Positions 23,748 to 36,180 of a stretch of 39,635 nucleotides of DNA are shown here, in pieces (position 1 is the stretch's first letter; each line of letters starts with the position of its first letter). Source of the DNA: Adineta ricciae (taxonomy: Eukaryota). The stretch covers positions 105,418 to 145,052 of the forward strand of contig CAJNOJ010000052.1 of assembly GCA_905250025.1 (NCBI GenBank), written 5' to 3'. A model generated the notes under the pieces. It had not been told where the DNA came from, did not search any database, and saw nothing but the letters and a program-made list of their open reading frames with translations. The position numbers were made by a program, and so were the translations under genes.

Positions 23748-25705
23748 CTCTTGTTTTTATCTTTGCCTTTCTGTTTAGTAATCAAGCTATAGCTGAATAT
23801 CTAGTAACAAATGGATATCCAATATCATTCAAAGAATTTTGCAGAGAAGCAAACCTTGTATGAAGGAATAATTGCCTATATGAACGGATTTGTTCAACTG
23901 TTGCTTTTTGTTTATAGTCGTCCAATGAAAGTGCAGAGAGGAAAGATCAATTGGAGAAGAAATGGACTTCTGTCATACGACTACAAAAGAAAGTAAGAAC
24001 TAGTGAAGATACGTGTGTGTACTGATGCAAATGGAATCATTGGTTCTTAGGTCATGGATCTTGAAACAAAACTGCAAGAAGCTCTACAAGAAGCAACAAC
24101 TGGTGGACCCACTCGAGAAAAACGTCAACCTGGAGAATGGGTACCGCGTCCTCCCGAAAAATTCGAATTGAAAGGTCATCGTGATACGGTGACGCGTGTT
24201 GTCTTTCATCCAACCTTCGATGTTATTGCATCCGCTAGTGAAGATGCAACTATTAAAGTAATCAAATAGTCCTTAAAAGGTATTCTTAGTCATGAGATTT
24301 GATTCGTTTAGATTTGGGATTATGAATCAGGTGAATATGAACGGACTTTGAAAGGTCATACAGCGCCGGTGCAAGATATCGCCTTTGATCATACAGGCAA
24401 ATGGCTTGGTATGATTTAAGCTTCTATTTGAAATAAAATCCATTGCTTTGTTTAGTATCGTGTTCTGCTGATTTAAGTGTTCGTTTATGGGATTTCCAAA
24501 ATTATCAATGCGTGAAAACAATGCATGGTAATTCGGTTGAAAATCGGATTTTACATGATAAGAGTCTGTTTTGAAATTGCAGGTCACGATCATAATGTAT
24601 CTTCGGTAACATTTACTCCAAGTGGTGATCACATTATTTCATGCAGTCGAGATAAAACTATCAAAATATGGGAAGTGTCAACAACGTAAGTTTTTCATTT
24701 CGTACTGATAGCAGAACAAAACGACATGATAAAAAGATCGTCCATTGGAAAGACTCAAACGATAGCCTATTCTATAAAACGAATAAGTACGCGATCAAAA
24801 AAATGAAAACAGTCGATTGAAATTGATCACTTCACAAGGCACATCGTGCTACGCACCACAGTTTATTGTCATAGTGATGCTGACGAGAAAATTTTTGTAT
24901 AGATTTTGCGTCAAATCCCTTGTTGGCCATCGAGAATGGGTACGCATGATACGTGTTTACCAAGATGGTACATTACTAGCCAGTTGCTCAGTCGATCATG
25001 TACGTATTTTGACTTGTTTGTTCGAAAGGAAACAAGTGTAATCATGATTTTATCAACATTAGACTATACGTATTTGGTCGTTGCCGAATGGTGAATGTAA
25101 AAGTGAATTACGCGGGCATGACAATGTAATTGAATGTATTGCTTGGGCACCGGATTCAGCCGGACCACACATATCTGAATCGGTTTCAAATGGTGGATCT
25201 GAAGTACGGACCGCACTTTCAAAAAAGCGAAACGATTGATTTCTGTTTAATTCTAATTAGACACAACCACGATCTGGTCCTTATCTTGTATCCGGTGCAC
25301 GTGATAAGACAATCCGAATGTGGGATGCAGTTAACGGTCTTTGCTTATTTATATTGGTAAATATATTTGACATGAGTAGAAAAAGACATCTCATCGAAAT
25401 TGTTTTTTTGTTCGTTATTTAGAATGGTCATGATAACTGGGTTCGTGGCCTTCTGTTTCATCCAGGTGGCAAATACCTATTGAGCTGTTCTGATGACAAA
25501 ACATTACGTGTGTGGGATATCAAGAATAAACGAAACACGAAATCCATCGATGCTCATACTCATTTTTGTACTTCGCTTGGTAAGAGATCGTGTGAGATAT
25601 GCTCGTAGACATATCCGTGTTTTTATCGTTTAGATATGCATCGAAATAAACCCTTTGTGATTACGGGTAGTGTTGATACATCAGTTAAAGTTTGGGAGTG
25701 CCGTT
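23716..25705 (+). CDS. PAFAH1B1: LIS1 / PAFAH1B1 ortholog (LisH plus coiled-coil plus 7 WD40), 12 coding exons.
   Basis: Near-colinear with human LIS1: '[11 protein letters not shown]|[13 protein letters not shown]' vs '[24 protein letters not shown]'. '[14 protein letters not shown]' matches exactly. '[40 protein letters not shown]' vs '[40 protein letters not shown]'. 'GHDHNVSSV', 'GHREWVRM', 'GHDNWVRG' and '[12 protein letters not shown]' also match. C-terminus '[16 protein letters not shown]' vs 'VVTGSVDQTVKVWECR*'. Confidence 0.95.
23779..23866 (+). CDS. PAFAH1B1: LIS1 exon 2 (LisH: [26 protein letters not shown]).
   Basis: Acceptor tgtttag, donor ctt|gtatga. Confidence 0.75.
23918..23988 (+). 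CDS. PAFAH1B1: LIS1 exon 3 ([25 protein letters not shown]).
   Basis: Acceptor tttatag, donor aaa|gtaaga. Exact '[13 protein letters not shown]' motif. Confidence 0.85.
24051..24265 (+). CDS. PAFAH1B1: LIS1 exon 4 (coiled-coil end plus WD1).
   Basis: Acceptor ttcttag|gtc, donor aaa|gtaatc. Confidence 0.9.
24311..24409 (+). CDS. PAFAH1B1: LIS1 exon 5 ([32 protein letters not shown]).
   Basis: Acceptor cgtttag, donor g|gtatga. Confidence 0.9.
24456..24536 (+). CDS. PAFAH1B1: LIS1 exon 6 ([25 protein letters not shown]).
   Basis: Acceptor gtttag, donor g|gtaatt. Confidence 0.9.
24581..24685 (+). CDS. PAFAH1B1: LIS1 exon 7 ([35 protein letters not shown]).
   Basis: Acceptor attgcag, donor ac|gtaagt. 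Confidence 0.9.
24901..24998 (+). CDS. PAFAH1B1: LIS1 exon 8 ([32 protein letters not shown]).
   Basis: Acceptor tgtatag, donor cat|gtacgt. Confidence 0.9.
25063..25203 (+). CDS. PAFAH1B1: LIS1 exon 9 ([47 protein letters not shown]).
   Basis: Acceptor cattag|act, donor gaa|gtacgg. The 57-nt intron that follows would otherwise read through to a stop. Confidence 0.8.
25261..25356 (+). CDS. PAFAH1B1: LIS1 exon 10 ([32 protein letters not shown]).
   Basis: Acceptor taattag, donor ttg|gtaaat. Compare human '[31 protein letters not shown]'. Confidence 0.85.
25423..25579 (+). CDS. PAFAH1B1: LIS1 exon 11 ([52 protein letters not shown]).
   Basis: Acceptor tatttag, donor g|gtaaga. Confidence 0.9.
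25634..25705 (+). CDS. PAFAH1B1: LIS1 exon 12 ([24 protein letters not shown]).
   Basis: Acceptor cgtttag. Stop TAA at 25703-25705. Confidence 0.9.
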
Positions 25706-26503
25706 AAGACCATTTTTGTTCTCTCTGATCATCATTATCAATGACAAATGAAAGAAGTGACTTGCCAGTTATTGTTCTTTCCTTTGCGCAACTTTCATCC
25801 CTAACGATCCATATTCCTCTATTTGTGTGATGAAAATGTCTTCTATTATTTATTTTCTTGTTCTTTCATATATGTATATGCTATTAATGCAATATCCTTT
25901 CTCTTTAGTCATGCATATATAAATCTCTCTCTATAAATATGTATTAAAACTGCTGAGAGAACTCGAAGAAAACCTAGTTAAATTCGTAGGAGACATCGAT
26001 AACAATTACTCCCTATGATGTATGAGCGAACAAAGCCTAAAAAGAAACCTGCACACAAAAATGCATTTTTGTTTGTTTTTTTTCTATCTTTCTTTTCCTC
26101 TCTATTTTTTTTTTGAAAAAAAGCGACATATGAGCGAGAATAGAAAGAATAAAAAGCATGTGTGAATGGATTACTTTGTTTACTTTTTTCCCGCGTTGCT
26201 TGTGTATGTCTGTTGATTTTACTGATGTGTGCATTGTTGGTTTAGATTCGTGCTCTCTTTCTCTTTTTCTTGTCTTTTCTTTGTGTGCGTTGGTTGGTTA
26301 TCTATCTTTCCTTTTTCTGCTCTATTCACTTCTTTTTTCGCTCAAATACAGTACAGAAGTTTGAAAGAACATCTAAATACTGATTAGACACGAATAATCT
26401 TTGTATGAGTACCGTGTATCGCATTCATCAGTGTTCATCATGGAAATAACACACTAGCCAAGTTCGTCAAGAGAGATCGTGTAGATAGTTTCTTTTATTT
26501 GAA

Positions 26504-29500
26504 TCAATTGAAAAGGAGAAGTTTTGGGAAGAACGAGTTTTCCTTTCGTAAAGCTTCAACAATACCTTTAAAAGACGGCCGGGTTGCTGGGTCGACGCGC
26601 CAGCACGTGTTTATGATATCAAAAATATTTGTTGGACATTTATTAGGTCGTTGCAAGCGTTCGCCTTGTTTGACGGCGTTAATAACAAAATGAGCGTTCT
26701 GAATATGCGTATACGGTAGTGCTGCTTCGGAGAAAACTTCCCATGCGGTGATGCCAAACGACCATACATCGGCTTTTGTTGTATACGGTCCTATGGAATC
26801 GAAAACATGACTAATAACTAATAGAAGAAGTTTTATTCTACCTCGGCATAGAACTTCGACTGCCCACCAACGGACGGGAACTTCTTCCGTGTGATTGAAA
26901 TAGTCTTCGTCATCTTGGAGACAACGTGAAAGACCGAAATCAGCGACTTTCACTCGCCCATTCTTATCAACTAAACAATTTCGCGCAGCTAGATCCCTAA
27001 GAGATTTGATTCGTTGCATAAACTTAGAAAAAATATCCGTTTGTCATCGATGACATACCGATGAATGACATTACAACTCTCAAGATATGCCATTCCTTTC
27101 GCTATTTCATAGCACATTTGAGTCAATTTCGAAGCACATATATCACGATTTTTCTCCAAATAAGTATTTAAACTTCCTTCTAGAAATACGCAAACATATT
27201 ACCGAACAATTTCGATTATCTTCAATCTTACTCTCGACTAGTTCCATAACGATCATCAACGGCTCACGGTATGCTGCGATACCGTAAAAACTAACGATTT
27301 GCTTATGTTTATAAGTTTTCAGTAGGAGAGCTTCATTGATAAAATTTGTTCGATCTTTTGGCGTCAACTGTCTATTCGTTTCACGAAGGACCTTTACAGC
27401 AACAGGTACATTTCGGTATTTACCGCGATGGACTTCACCAAAGTTACCCTCAAAGAACATAGATAAATTATTTATAAAGAAAAGCTCTTGTCACTTACTT
27501 GCCCTAATTTATCTTCCAAAATCACTTCATCATTATTAATGATATAATCTGGCCTTTCTATGGGTCGTAGCAGACGTATACCGTCTGCAGTAATATCCAG
27601 TTTTTGACGTGCATAGAAGATGATTAATGCTGGAATCGATGGCTTCATGCACTCTTTTACAAAATAGTACATCTGAGACAAATATGAATAAAATCAAATG
27701 CTTGATTTACGTTCTACTTACATTATCTCTATCGCAGATGTAAATATGAAAATCTCGCAATCGTCCTGGATGATTCGAATCAGTCCACAATATCGATAAG
27801 ACAGTTTTATTTTGATCATTAATTCGAACCAGATAGTCTCCTTTTTCATGGCACAGATTAATACTTTGCGAACGTGGCATGCGTCCATGAAAATAAGCTT
27901 GATCTTCCAATCGATCGGATAGCTAAATCGAAAGAAGTAATCATTTTTCTTCTCACCAAAATTTTCTTCTCCAATCTTACACCGAAGAGTATTTCTTGAT
28001 ATGGTAAAGTTTCATTCTCGTCTGCTGGATGATCTAATACTTCTTCTAAATGCTCTTTTAGATTTCCTTTTGACACTATTTTCATTTGTAGATCGTTTGC
28101 TCGTTGTTTCTGTTCAAAGTAGCTCTTTCGACCATGATAACTTCTAAAATTGCACATCTTTTATTTCTCTAATCGTAGTTTGATAATGCAAACGTGTCTT
28201 TATCTCTAATTTGATCTATGACTTGAAGGACTGCGGATAGATCCGTATTCGCTTTATTGATTTCATCTGTTAACGTTGTAATTCTATAGACAATTCATTA
28301 GATCGAGCAGTATAGTTTCTAATTTTTACTTTCGTCTCAATGCACTTATGGTGGAATCACCAACGGTATCATCAGCAACAATGGTATCCACTTCGAGATT
28401 TGTTAGACCCGATGTTTTCAGCAGTAAATCATTGAATTCGATTGGTCTTGTCGTCAGTGATGGAATACTACGCACAAATCTTACTTCGAGAGAGATATTG
28501 ATGTATAAATATACAAACTTTGAATGTATTTTACATAGTTCATTATAGCAGTGACGCGGATCAGTCGAATCAAGTTCTTGTAAACTTTCAGCATCCATAG
28601 ATGAACTATTGCTGTAATCATTATTATACTTAGCGATGGACTGTAGAACATCTAGCCTACATAAGAGAGAAATGTGGAAATTGCAAGATATCCTTTGAGT
28701 TTACCATTGTCGGTTAAGAATCAATTGAGTTTTTTCATGATAATCAATTAAATCATGCAATTTATGAACATATTGCTCATCAAATTCATTGCAATCCCGC
28801 ACTGTGAGAACATAAGCATTGTGAGCACGATATACATTGTCTCGTTTGTCGATTACTACACGTTTCAAATCAGTGATTCGATTGTCATTCCCAATCCGAG
28901 CAGCTAAAACAAATTTGTTTGATTATAATCCAAACCTCTTACTATAGTTATTACACTCATTCATGTAACAAGTATTTCTCTTATTCTGGAAAATCATTTT
29001 CTGACGGGCACAAAACATAACGGATGTCAATTTTGCGCTAATTAAATTTACTTAAATAGATGTACGCCACGGCATTTCTTCTTATTTGGATATTCCATGT
29101 CCTTGTATCATAAACTATATTTATCCTTCTGTTGGTTTGCGGTATAGATTATTCTGATTTTAAATTTCAATAGAACTACTCATTAACATACCTCCACTGA
29201 TTTTGTTCAATTCATTATTCTTTGTAACGAATACTTTCGCTTCATTTGAATAATGTTTGTCAGCCTCTAAGACATCGCGTCGAACCTGGAATATGTATTG
29301 TCTAGGTAATAAAGTAAAGAAAACGATGAGGTAATTATTTACTTTGCGATGTTCATCATCATATTGGCGTTTTCGATCCTCGAGAACTCTTTTTGCATCG
29401 GCTTTATTTTCGAGAAGATTTTTAAGTAGATCATCGAGTACAAGTCGTCGAAATTCATCAGCATTCGAGCTGATGGTTGTTGCTCGACGAGACCATAGCA

Positions 29501-29832
29501 TCAAAACTCCGTGACACGCCTTTGAATATGAATAAATAATAAAAAGTTAATCAGAGTATGTTTAGTTTACTGATGCTATCGAATGAGTGTCAGTTGGCCA
29601 TGCAATACGGTCCGCTTTTGCTGCTAATTCTTGGAGACTTTTCGCATATTGTTTGTCTAAAGCTAGTCTTTCTTCAAGAATTTTCTTTGTGTCCTGAAGA
29701 AGTTTATATTCGTCACTGAGCACTGTGCCTAACAATCGATAACCTTCGTCACTACAGAAAAAGTCTGATAGTCGATGGGAATCATCAACTGATGAATTAG
29801 GTAATGTGGAATATCGACGAACTTGAGCCATA
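26504..29832 (-). CDS. FES/FER-family non-receptor tyrosine kinase (F-BAR/FCH - SH2 - tyrosine kinase), multi-exon with micro-introns.
   Basis: Minus strand. F-BAR/FCH-like N-terminus ('DFFCSDEGYRLLGTVLSDEYKLLQDTKKILEERLALDKQYAKSLQELAAK', 29562-29852). SH2 ('QAYFHGRMPRSQSINLCHEKGDYLVRIN', 27707-27910). Kinase N-lobe ('GNFGEVHRGKYRNVPVAVKVLRE...IVMELVE', 27143-27460). Catalytic loop and activation segment ('VIHR|DLAARNCLVDKNGRVKVADFGLSR...VPVRWWAVEVL...KADVWSFGITAWE...CWRVDPATRPSF', 26504-27140). The stop is at 26504. The first ATG ('MAQVRRYS') is at ~29832; the track start at 29852 is GTG. Confidence 0.85.
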
Positions 29833-32388
29833 TGCAATCGTAATTCACGCACACAGTTAGTCTTCTTGTTTTTAACTTTCTGGAGAATTTATCATTATAT
29901 ACTTTATCTTTCTCGTCTCCATCCTTATCAGTAGGTCTCAGTTGAGTATGAGTGACTTTCTGTTTCATATGTGAGTAAGACGGCATGATAATATGAAAAT
30001 TCAAAACAATGGTAAATATAGAACAGAGGTCGAGTTTTGAATACATAGAAACGGACTATTGTTGTTGTTAAGATACAGTCAGACATTGTAAGACAAGCTA
30101 TTCGAGATTCGTTCGTATGTTTATCAAAACTAACGTTTCTCATCCATCAATTTGCCCAACAAACGCGTACTTTGTACGAGCTATCAGAGCGAGTGTAACG
30201 GTATCTTCTTGCTCAAACTATGATGTAATGGTATGGAATGTGTTTCTTTTCCATTTCTTTTCTGTACACACATCTAAGGACAAACTGAAATTTGCACCGG
30301 AAATATGTAGGTAAACATTTACCATTCTTTTTCACATAAGCCCATATTCCAGAAAAATACCATGACGTGTCCTTTAGTACAGAAAACATTTTTTTTCTAT
30401 TTGATGACGTTAACAAAACAAATTGACGATGCGGGCAATGGTAATTCTATCTTTGGTCGGCTGAACGCTTGAACACAAAAGCTAAATGAACGCCGAACGA
30501 TTGAAATCATCAAGTTGATTTTTGTACGAGCTCTCATTTAAATAATATAAATACCAGACAATATCTATCGTAAATCATTGATGTTCATTTATAATATCTT
30601 GTAAGTGACAGAGGTAGAAATCGATTGTGTTTTTTAATAATGTGGATCAACCTGTGGTTATCAACAATCGTTTATGAAGATTAATTGTACTACTTTCAAG
30701 AAACATATATAGAGAATGTACTTAGAGTCTGCAGCAGCGCGATAGTCTACCAATAACTTATAATTGTCTGTTTAGCAGGGACTGACGTCGAGGAAATCCT
30801 ATTCCCCAAATGTTTTGTTAACGAAAGTTACTGTCGACCAAAAACATATCATTCCTGGTAACCACATCGCTGAGGGATAGTATATTCTTTTTTGTTATTT
30901 CATACAATATTGTCGAAAAATCTTATTGAATTATTCAAAGCTCAGGTAAAAGGAATTATACTTTGCAAATACGATTGAATTTCATATTGTACTTGGTATT
31001 ATGTCTGAAAAACAAAAATAGATCGCGTTCGAACACCCTGAGTATCCGATTTCTCGAAGAAAATCTTGGCAAAATGAAAAACTTTACACATTCCATTGAA
31101 CAATCTTCTCGGAAATTTCAATTCTCGAAGTTAAACTGTCGATATAAGAAAGCAAAATCAGTTTGCATGAATAATTTATTTCGTGCATTTGTTTGTCCGC
31201 CGATCAAATTTCTATTTCTATTTTGCAAACAGATATCCTTTTAACTGATATTTGACCCGAGCGTTTAACACAAAAGAACAAACGACAATGTACGTCATTC
31301 TGAATGTCCCCGAGCGATCGATCGATCCTTTTCGAGATGAGAAGTGTCCCCAATCCATGTAACATTTCGTTTCAGTTTATTATCAGTCATTTCATTTGCA
31401 GTTTAAAATATTAACATTTAGCAGTTAAGTCGGCCAAAATCCAAGATACACAGACATGAACTTTAACATAGCATTTAGAAAGAAAGAAACCGACTAAGAA
31501 CAGGTCAGAGTTGTCTATGTTTCAATTTAAACTATCACATCACATAGAAACGAAAATGTCAACGTATACGAAACGAACGACAATTAGTTTTAAATTAACC
31601 TTCGAACGAAGAAAGCTTTTCTATTTCAAGAAATGCAGACAGATGCCTTTGTTGACATGGTGTATTTAAAGAAAAAAAATCGGTATTTGTCTGTCTTCGA
31701 CGAAAATATTTATATTCGAAAAAAATGATTAAAAATACAATGATCGTATGAATAATCGACCCATGAAGCTGTTTAAACTCGCTTTAGCCTCTCTTAAGGT
31801 ATCGAAACCTTGGGCTTTTTCGCTTACAACTTCAAAATAAAATGCAAATATAGTTTCGAATTTTCTAAGATTTCACTTGGCGAGGAAAGAAAAACTTCGA
31901 TTTCTTTTGATTGAATTTGACATTAACAATGTCATTAACTCTAACGTTCAAAAAAAATACAATTTATGAAGTAGACATAGAGAAGTTTATCTTTGATTCT
32001 AATCATAATAATCTTTTGATACTTTATCATAATGTTCACTTTGGTTTGACAAGAACGCAAAAGAGACAGAGAACGAAATCACTTTATCGAATCTAACATA
32101 AAAGTCAACGTTATACTTTATCATATTCGAATGCATTAATTTAATTGTAGAAAAGGCAACAATCGACTTGACAATAAGATTCTGATGTTTATCATCTCCT
32201 TCGTTCGTATTTCGTCTTTCCTTTTCATCAATGCCGTGCACTTGACAAACGTGATTCGAAATCAAGAAAGAATCTTTTAATTCAGATTAGTTATTCAAAC
32301 TTATACATATTTAAAACATGAACACAAAAAGAAAAGAATACGAGAGATTCAAAATAATGAATAAAAACTGGCCTAAAACATAAAACAA

Positions 32389-32420
32389 CTCTCTCTCTCT
32401 CTTTCTCTCCGTCTCTCTTG
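32389..32420. repeat. (CT)n microsatellite
   Basis: ctctctctctct...ctttctctccgtctctc. Confidence 0.8.
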
Positions 32421-32596
32421 TTTCACGAAGATAATCAACTATACATTTGACACGTAGCATTTAAAAAAGAAATGAATATTATGAACAGAAAAGGAAACAA
32501 AACTGAACATAACGTTTTTTTTTATTAGTAGAGTTTTTTTTTAATCTTTTAATCTGACACACTTAAGCAAAATATATATAAAAAGAAAAAGCAGAC

Positions 32597-35513
32597 TTAA
32601 GCTAAAGAATCAACAAAAGCTCGTTTGGGTTCAGCTGTTTTATAGAAGACATTTTTCACAAGAATACACCGGGGACTTACATACAATGGACTTCGTTCTC
32701 TCATTTGTTTGAACATCTTCATTGATGGAAGAAGTCGTCGCATCGTAAATACTTTCGTATCTTCATGAAGATCGATTTCGATTTCGAACGTGGTCTTTTG
32801 TTTCGGGTTAATCTGAATGATCGGCAAATATTTGGTGATTGTTGTCGTGAGGTTGGGTGAGAGGAGAGTGAGTTTGATTTTGATTTGCGCACCCATAATA
32901 CCAAATGGTTCTTCAGCTGACATGATCAAACATTGTCGCGCAATGTTACGAATATGATTGCATGGAATAAACAGATTGTCACATGATAAATGTTTGATTT
33001 TGCTTTCGCGTAATGTGGTCAGTAGACGTTTGGCAACGAGTGATAAATGTTCTTCTCGTAAATCAAGTTCAGGATCATAATTAAATATCGATGATTGTTG
33101 CTGAAGTGTATTGATCATCGTTATTGAATCTGTAAAAGACAAATAATGAAATAAAAAGGCATATAATTGAGAAGTATAATCACAATCGAATGTAAGCAAT
33201 CTTAAAGGCTTTTATAAGATTTCTTCGCTTGCTTCTCTACTCTCGATGTAATAAATGAAGCCTTGTCGAGACTAAATTACTAAAACAACACGATACCATC
33301 CATTAAAGACGTCGGGATATGGATAATGGATGTTGGGCTTTGTATTCAAAGGTTTTACTATTGATGTTCGGAGGCATTTTAGATAATGATCTTGTGATAA
33401 TATGCGGATATGTTTTGATCATTTAAGACTGATAGACAGATGTCTTCAACACACTTTTATCACACACTGTCATGCTAGAGTGAACTCGAGGGTGTTCGAT
33501 TAGATATGATTAGTCACTTTGATAAAATAGTTATCTTGTTAAATTGAATATTAACACACAAACTCGTCGGATAAGTATATTTTATCATCAAAATCATTAT
33601 CATGAAATATAGAGGCAAATGCACTTAATCATACTAGAGCGCATTGACACTATTCTAAGTAATGAATTGGTTTCATTGTCAAATAAAAAGCATTTCATTT
33701 CTAGCTGAAATCGACAGGTGCGTAGTAATCGATGTTTTATTGTACTCTATAGTGATTCATATAAGTGTTTTGACAGGCGAACTAATAGCTGTACTTGGGA
33801 GGAGAGAAACTCTAAATCGTTGTGACATTTGTCCATCTGTAAAGTCGAGAAAATGTCTGTTTATTTAGTGCCAATAAACACCAGAATGTTGTTTCTGTGA
33901 AAAAGAGAACCGAAACGTACGAAAAGTGTTTTCACACCTTTGCTGTTTGATAATATTCATTGAACAAATATTGAAATTCTAATCTGATCTTTAAGCACAT
34001 TCGTTTTTGATGTTCCATTTATCGATGTTGACTTATTTTCTCAAGAAAAAAAATATAAATAGACTGTTTGATATTGATCTTTATTTCACACGATTTATGT
34101 ACATTAACATTTCAATAAAGATCATTCTCATGTTGATTAACGCGCGGACATATTTGATGAACAATCTCAACATAGTTCGATGTTGTTATTACTCGTTTTC
34201 TTTCCTTCTCTCTTCTTTTTCTTCTCCGCCTCAATTGGCATCGTCATCGTCCGTGCAACATGCATAGACACTTTTTTCTTCTGCTTGATAAAATCTTCTC
34301 TTCCGAGCTTAGTCAACAAGACATATTCGAACGAGATTTTCAAGTGCGCGTATACAAATTCGTTCTTGATTATTTTCTTCTTGACAATATGTAAAAAAAC
34401 ATAAAACGTAAAGGAGAATAACATCGATATGTTATGTTATGTTATGTTCTTGTCTTTCAGCGTCCTCATATGAATACTCGGCAACTGTCCCAATGAAAAC
34501 TGAATCATTGCCGTTTATTTTCATAGGAAAGTCGTGACTGTCTGAACATTAGTCTTCGATTATCAGTCAGATGGTGTTACTATTCGAAACAAAACTAATG
34601 TTCATTGATCTTTTCTTGTCAATTTGATCGATGGATCAAACAGACGAGCGGCATATACACATATATACAACATGATGGTGTACAGTTGCTATTAAGAAAA
34701 CAAATCCTCTCGCTCTAGATCGCTTCTCTATCTTCCTCTTTCTCTCTCTCTCTCTGTTGCTTTGTTGATGATCGATATTTGTCCATGCTATATGTACATA
34801 CACACATAAATCTATAAACACAGTCAACGCCGCCATAGTTTTATATTAATCAGATTGACAACAATAGTAAAAAAAGAAAAGAAGAACTGTGTACAGGGAA
34901 ATATTTGCTGAAAGTAAATATTAAAGCTACTGCGACTACGTTGATAAAACAGTACAGGCGATATTGACTGGCTTTTTTGTACGCTTACTGTTGCCGATGA
35001 AATTTGCTTCTCTCGAGGTATCGTAGTAGCAGAATCAATAATCAAATGAGAAAGAACACGCGTAAAAGAAGATAAAGATGATTAAGAACATTCTGTTTCT
35101 CACACACATGCATATACAATCAGATTATATAAACAACATATTGAATGGCTCTTTTCCGATGGATGAATCAAAAAGAAAAACTTCATAATTTTCCTCGTGT
35201 GCTTACCTTGTTTAGCTGCGTTCGATTTGGATATTTGTTTGAAAAGATTCGTCAAACGCTGTTTACAACGTTCTAACCAAGATAAATTTTCGGTTAAATT
35301 CAGATGTGTTTGCCGATCAAGTGTGCGATAGTTGACAGAATTCCCTTTCAAAGATTGCTCGTTTACTGAAGGAAGTATTGTTGTTGATGAACATCGTCGT
35401 CCATTATAAACACCCGACTGATTATGAGAATGGAAAGATAACGTTTCACATGTGGGATAAGAAGAGTTTCGTCCGAATGTTGTTGTTGTACCAGGATTAC
35501 TGATGGCTGACAT
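32597..35513 (-). CDS. DDIT4/REDD1-like (RTP801_C domain) paralog A. Two exons: 35513-35214 and 33127-32597, separated by a ~2.1 kb AT-rich intron.
   Basis: The C-terminal block matches REDD1: 'DNLFIPCNHIRNIARQCLIMSAEEPFGIMGAQIKIKL' vs '[38 protein letters not shown]'; 'KQKTTFEIEIDLHED' vs 'SLVPTFQLTLVLRLD'; 'LYVSPRCILVKNVFYKTAE' vs 'LTLSTGFRVIKKKLYSSEQ'. Exon 1 ATG at 35513 ('MSAISNPGTT...LSWLERCKQRLTNLFKQISKSNAAKQ', donor g|gtaagc). Exon 2 acceptor ttttacag, phase 1 ('DSITMINTLQQQSSIFNYDPELDL...'). Confidence 0.7.
32618..33090 (-). repeat. Copy 1 of a ~465 bp near-identical direct duplication (~99% identity, 3 mismatches), covering the C-terminal RTP801_C coding part of paralog A.
   Basis: Direct comparison of 32618-33090 with 38146-38615 shows identity apart from 3 SNPs. 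Similarity decays with indels over the next ~20 nt, then is lost. The flanking 3'UTRs and the last 6 codons differ. Confidence 0.9.
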
Positions 35514-35627
35514 TGCTTGCTTTTCTTTCTTTCGTTTTTTTTTTTATTAATATATCATATGAGTGATGACAATCAAGAAATGGTCTGAAATAATACATAC
35601 GAAGAAAAAAAAATGCAAAGAAAGGGA

Positions 35628-35672
35628 AAAAGAACGAGAAGAGAAGAGAAAAGAGAGAGAGAGAAAAACGAC
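35628..35672. repeat. Purine (GA/GAA)-rich low-complexity tract upstream of REDD1-like paralog A
   Basis: gaacgagaagagaagagaaaagagagagagagaaaaacg. Confidence 0.7.
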
Positions 35673-36180
35673 GAAGAAAAGAAAAAAAGTAAATGTATAG
35701 ATATGGGATTAGTAGCTTTTATGTTTTAGACAACAGCTGGTATATACGAGGACCATTGTTGTCAAATGCTCTTAACATTCGTTCGATCTATTTGAAAACT
35801 TGAACAAAAAAGTGAAAGTGACTTGACGCAATGTACTTCCAAATGAAAAACGTTCTTGTTCGAATCGTGAGAAAAGATCGTTTAAATAGAATGACTGACA
35901 AAATATTCTCAACGACTTGTTATATACATATGACGCAAAAAAATTTATGCTACTAGCATATATATGCATGTTTAAGTCATAGTAAACGTACGTCAGATAC
36001 GAATACATTCCGAAGGATACTACGCCTTAGTCATTTACAGACATCATGCACGTATTGCATGTTGTGTGTGGAAAGAAATAGATAAGGAATGATGCCGACA
36101 TCACGTCTACAAAATGACTGCATTTCTCGCTTTTTTTATTCATAGAAAAAAAGATATATTGCCTTTTTAAGCTAGGACCT

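Noticed and set aside
26037-26364. ORFs 26037-26234 (minus) and 26158-26364 (plus) between LIS1 and FES
   Set aside because: They lie in the T-rich low-complexity convergent 3'UTR spacer. The products are poly-F/L/K with no domain.
32719-32904. 61-aa ORF (also 38247-38432) in an alternative frame of the duplicated REDD1-like block
   Set aside because: It is an alternate-frame ORF embedded in a well-supported CDS and appears twice only because the DNA is duplicated. It is arginine/serine-rich nonsense.
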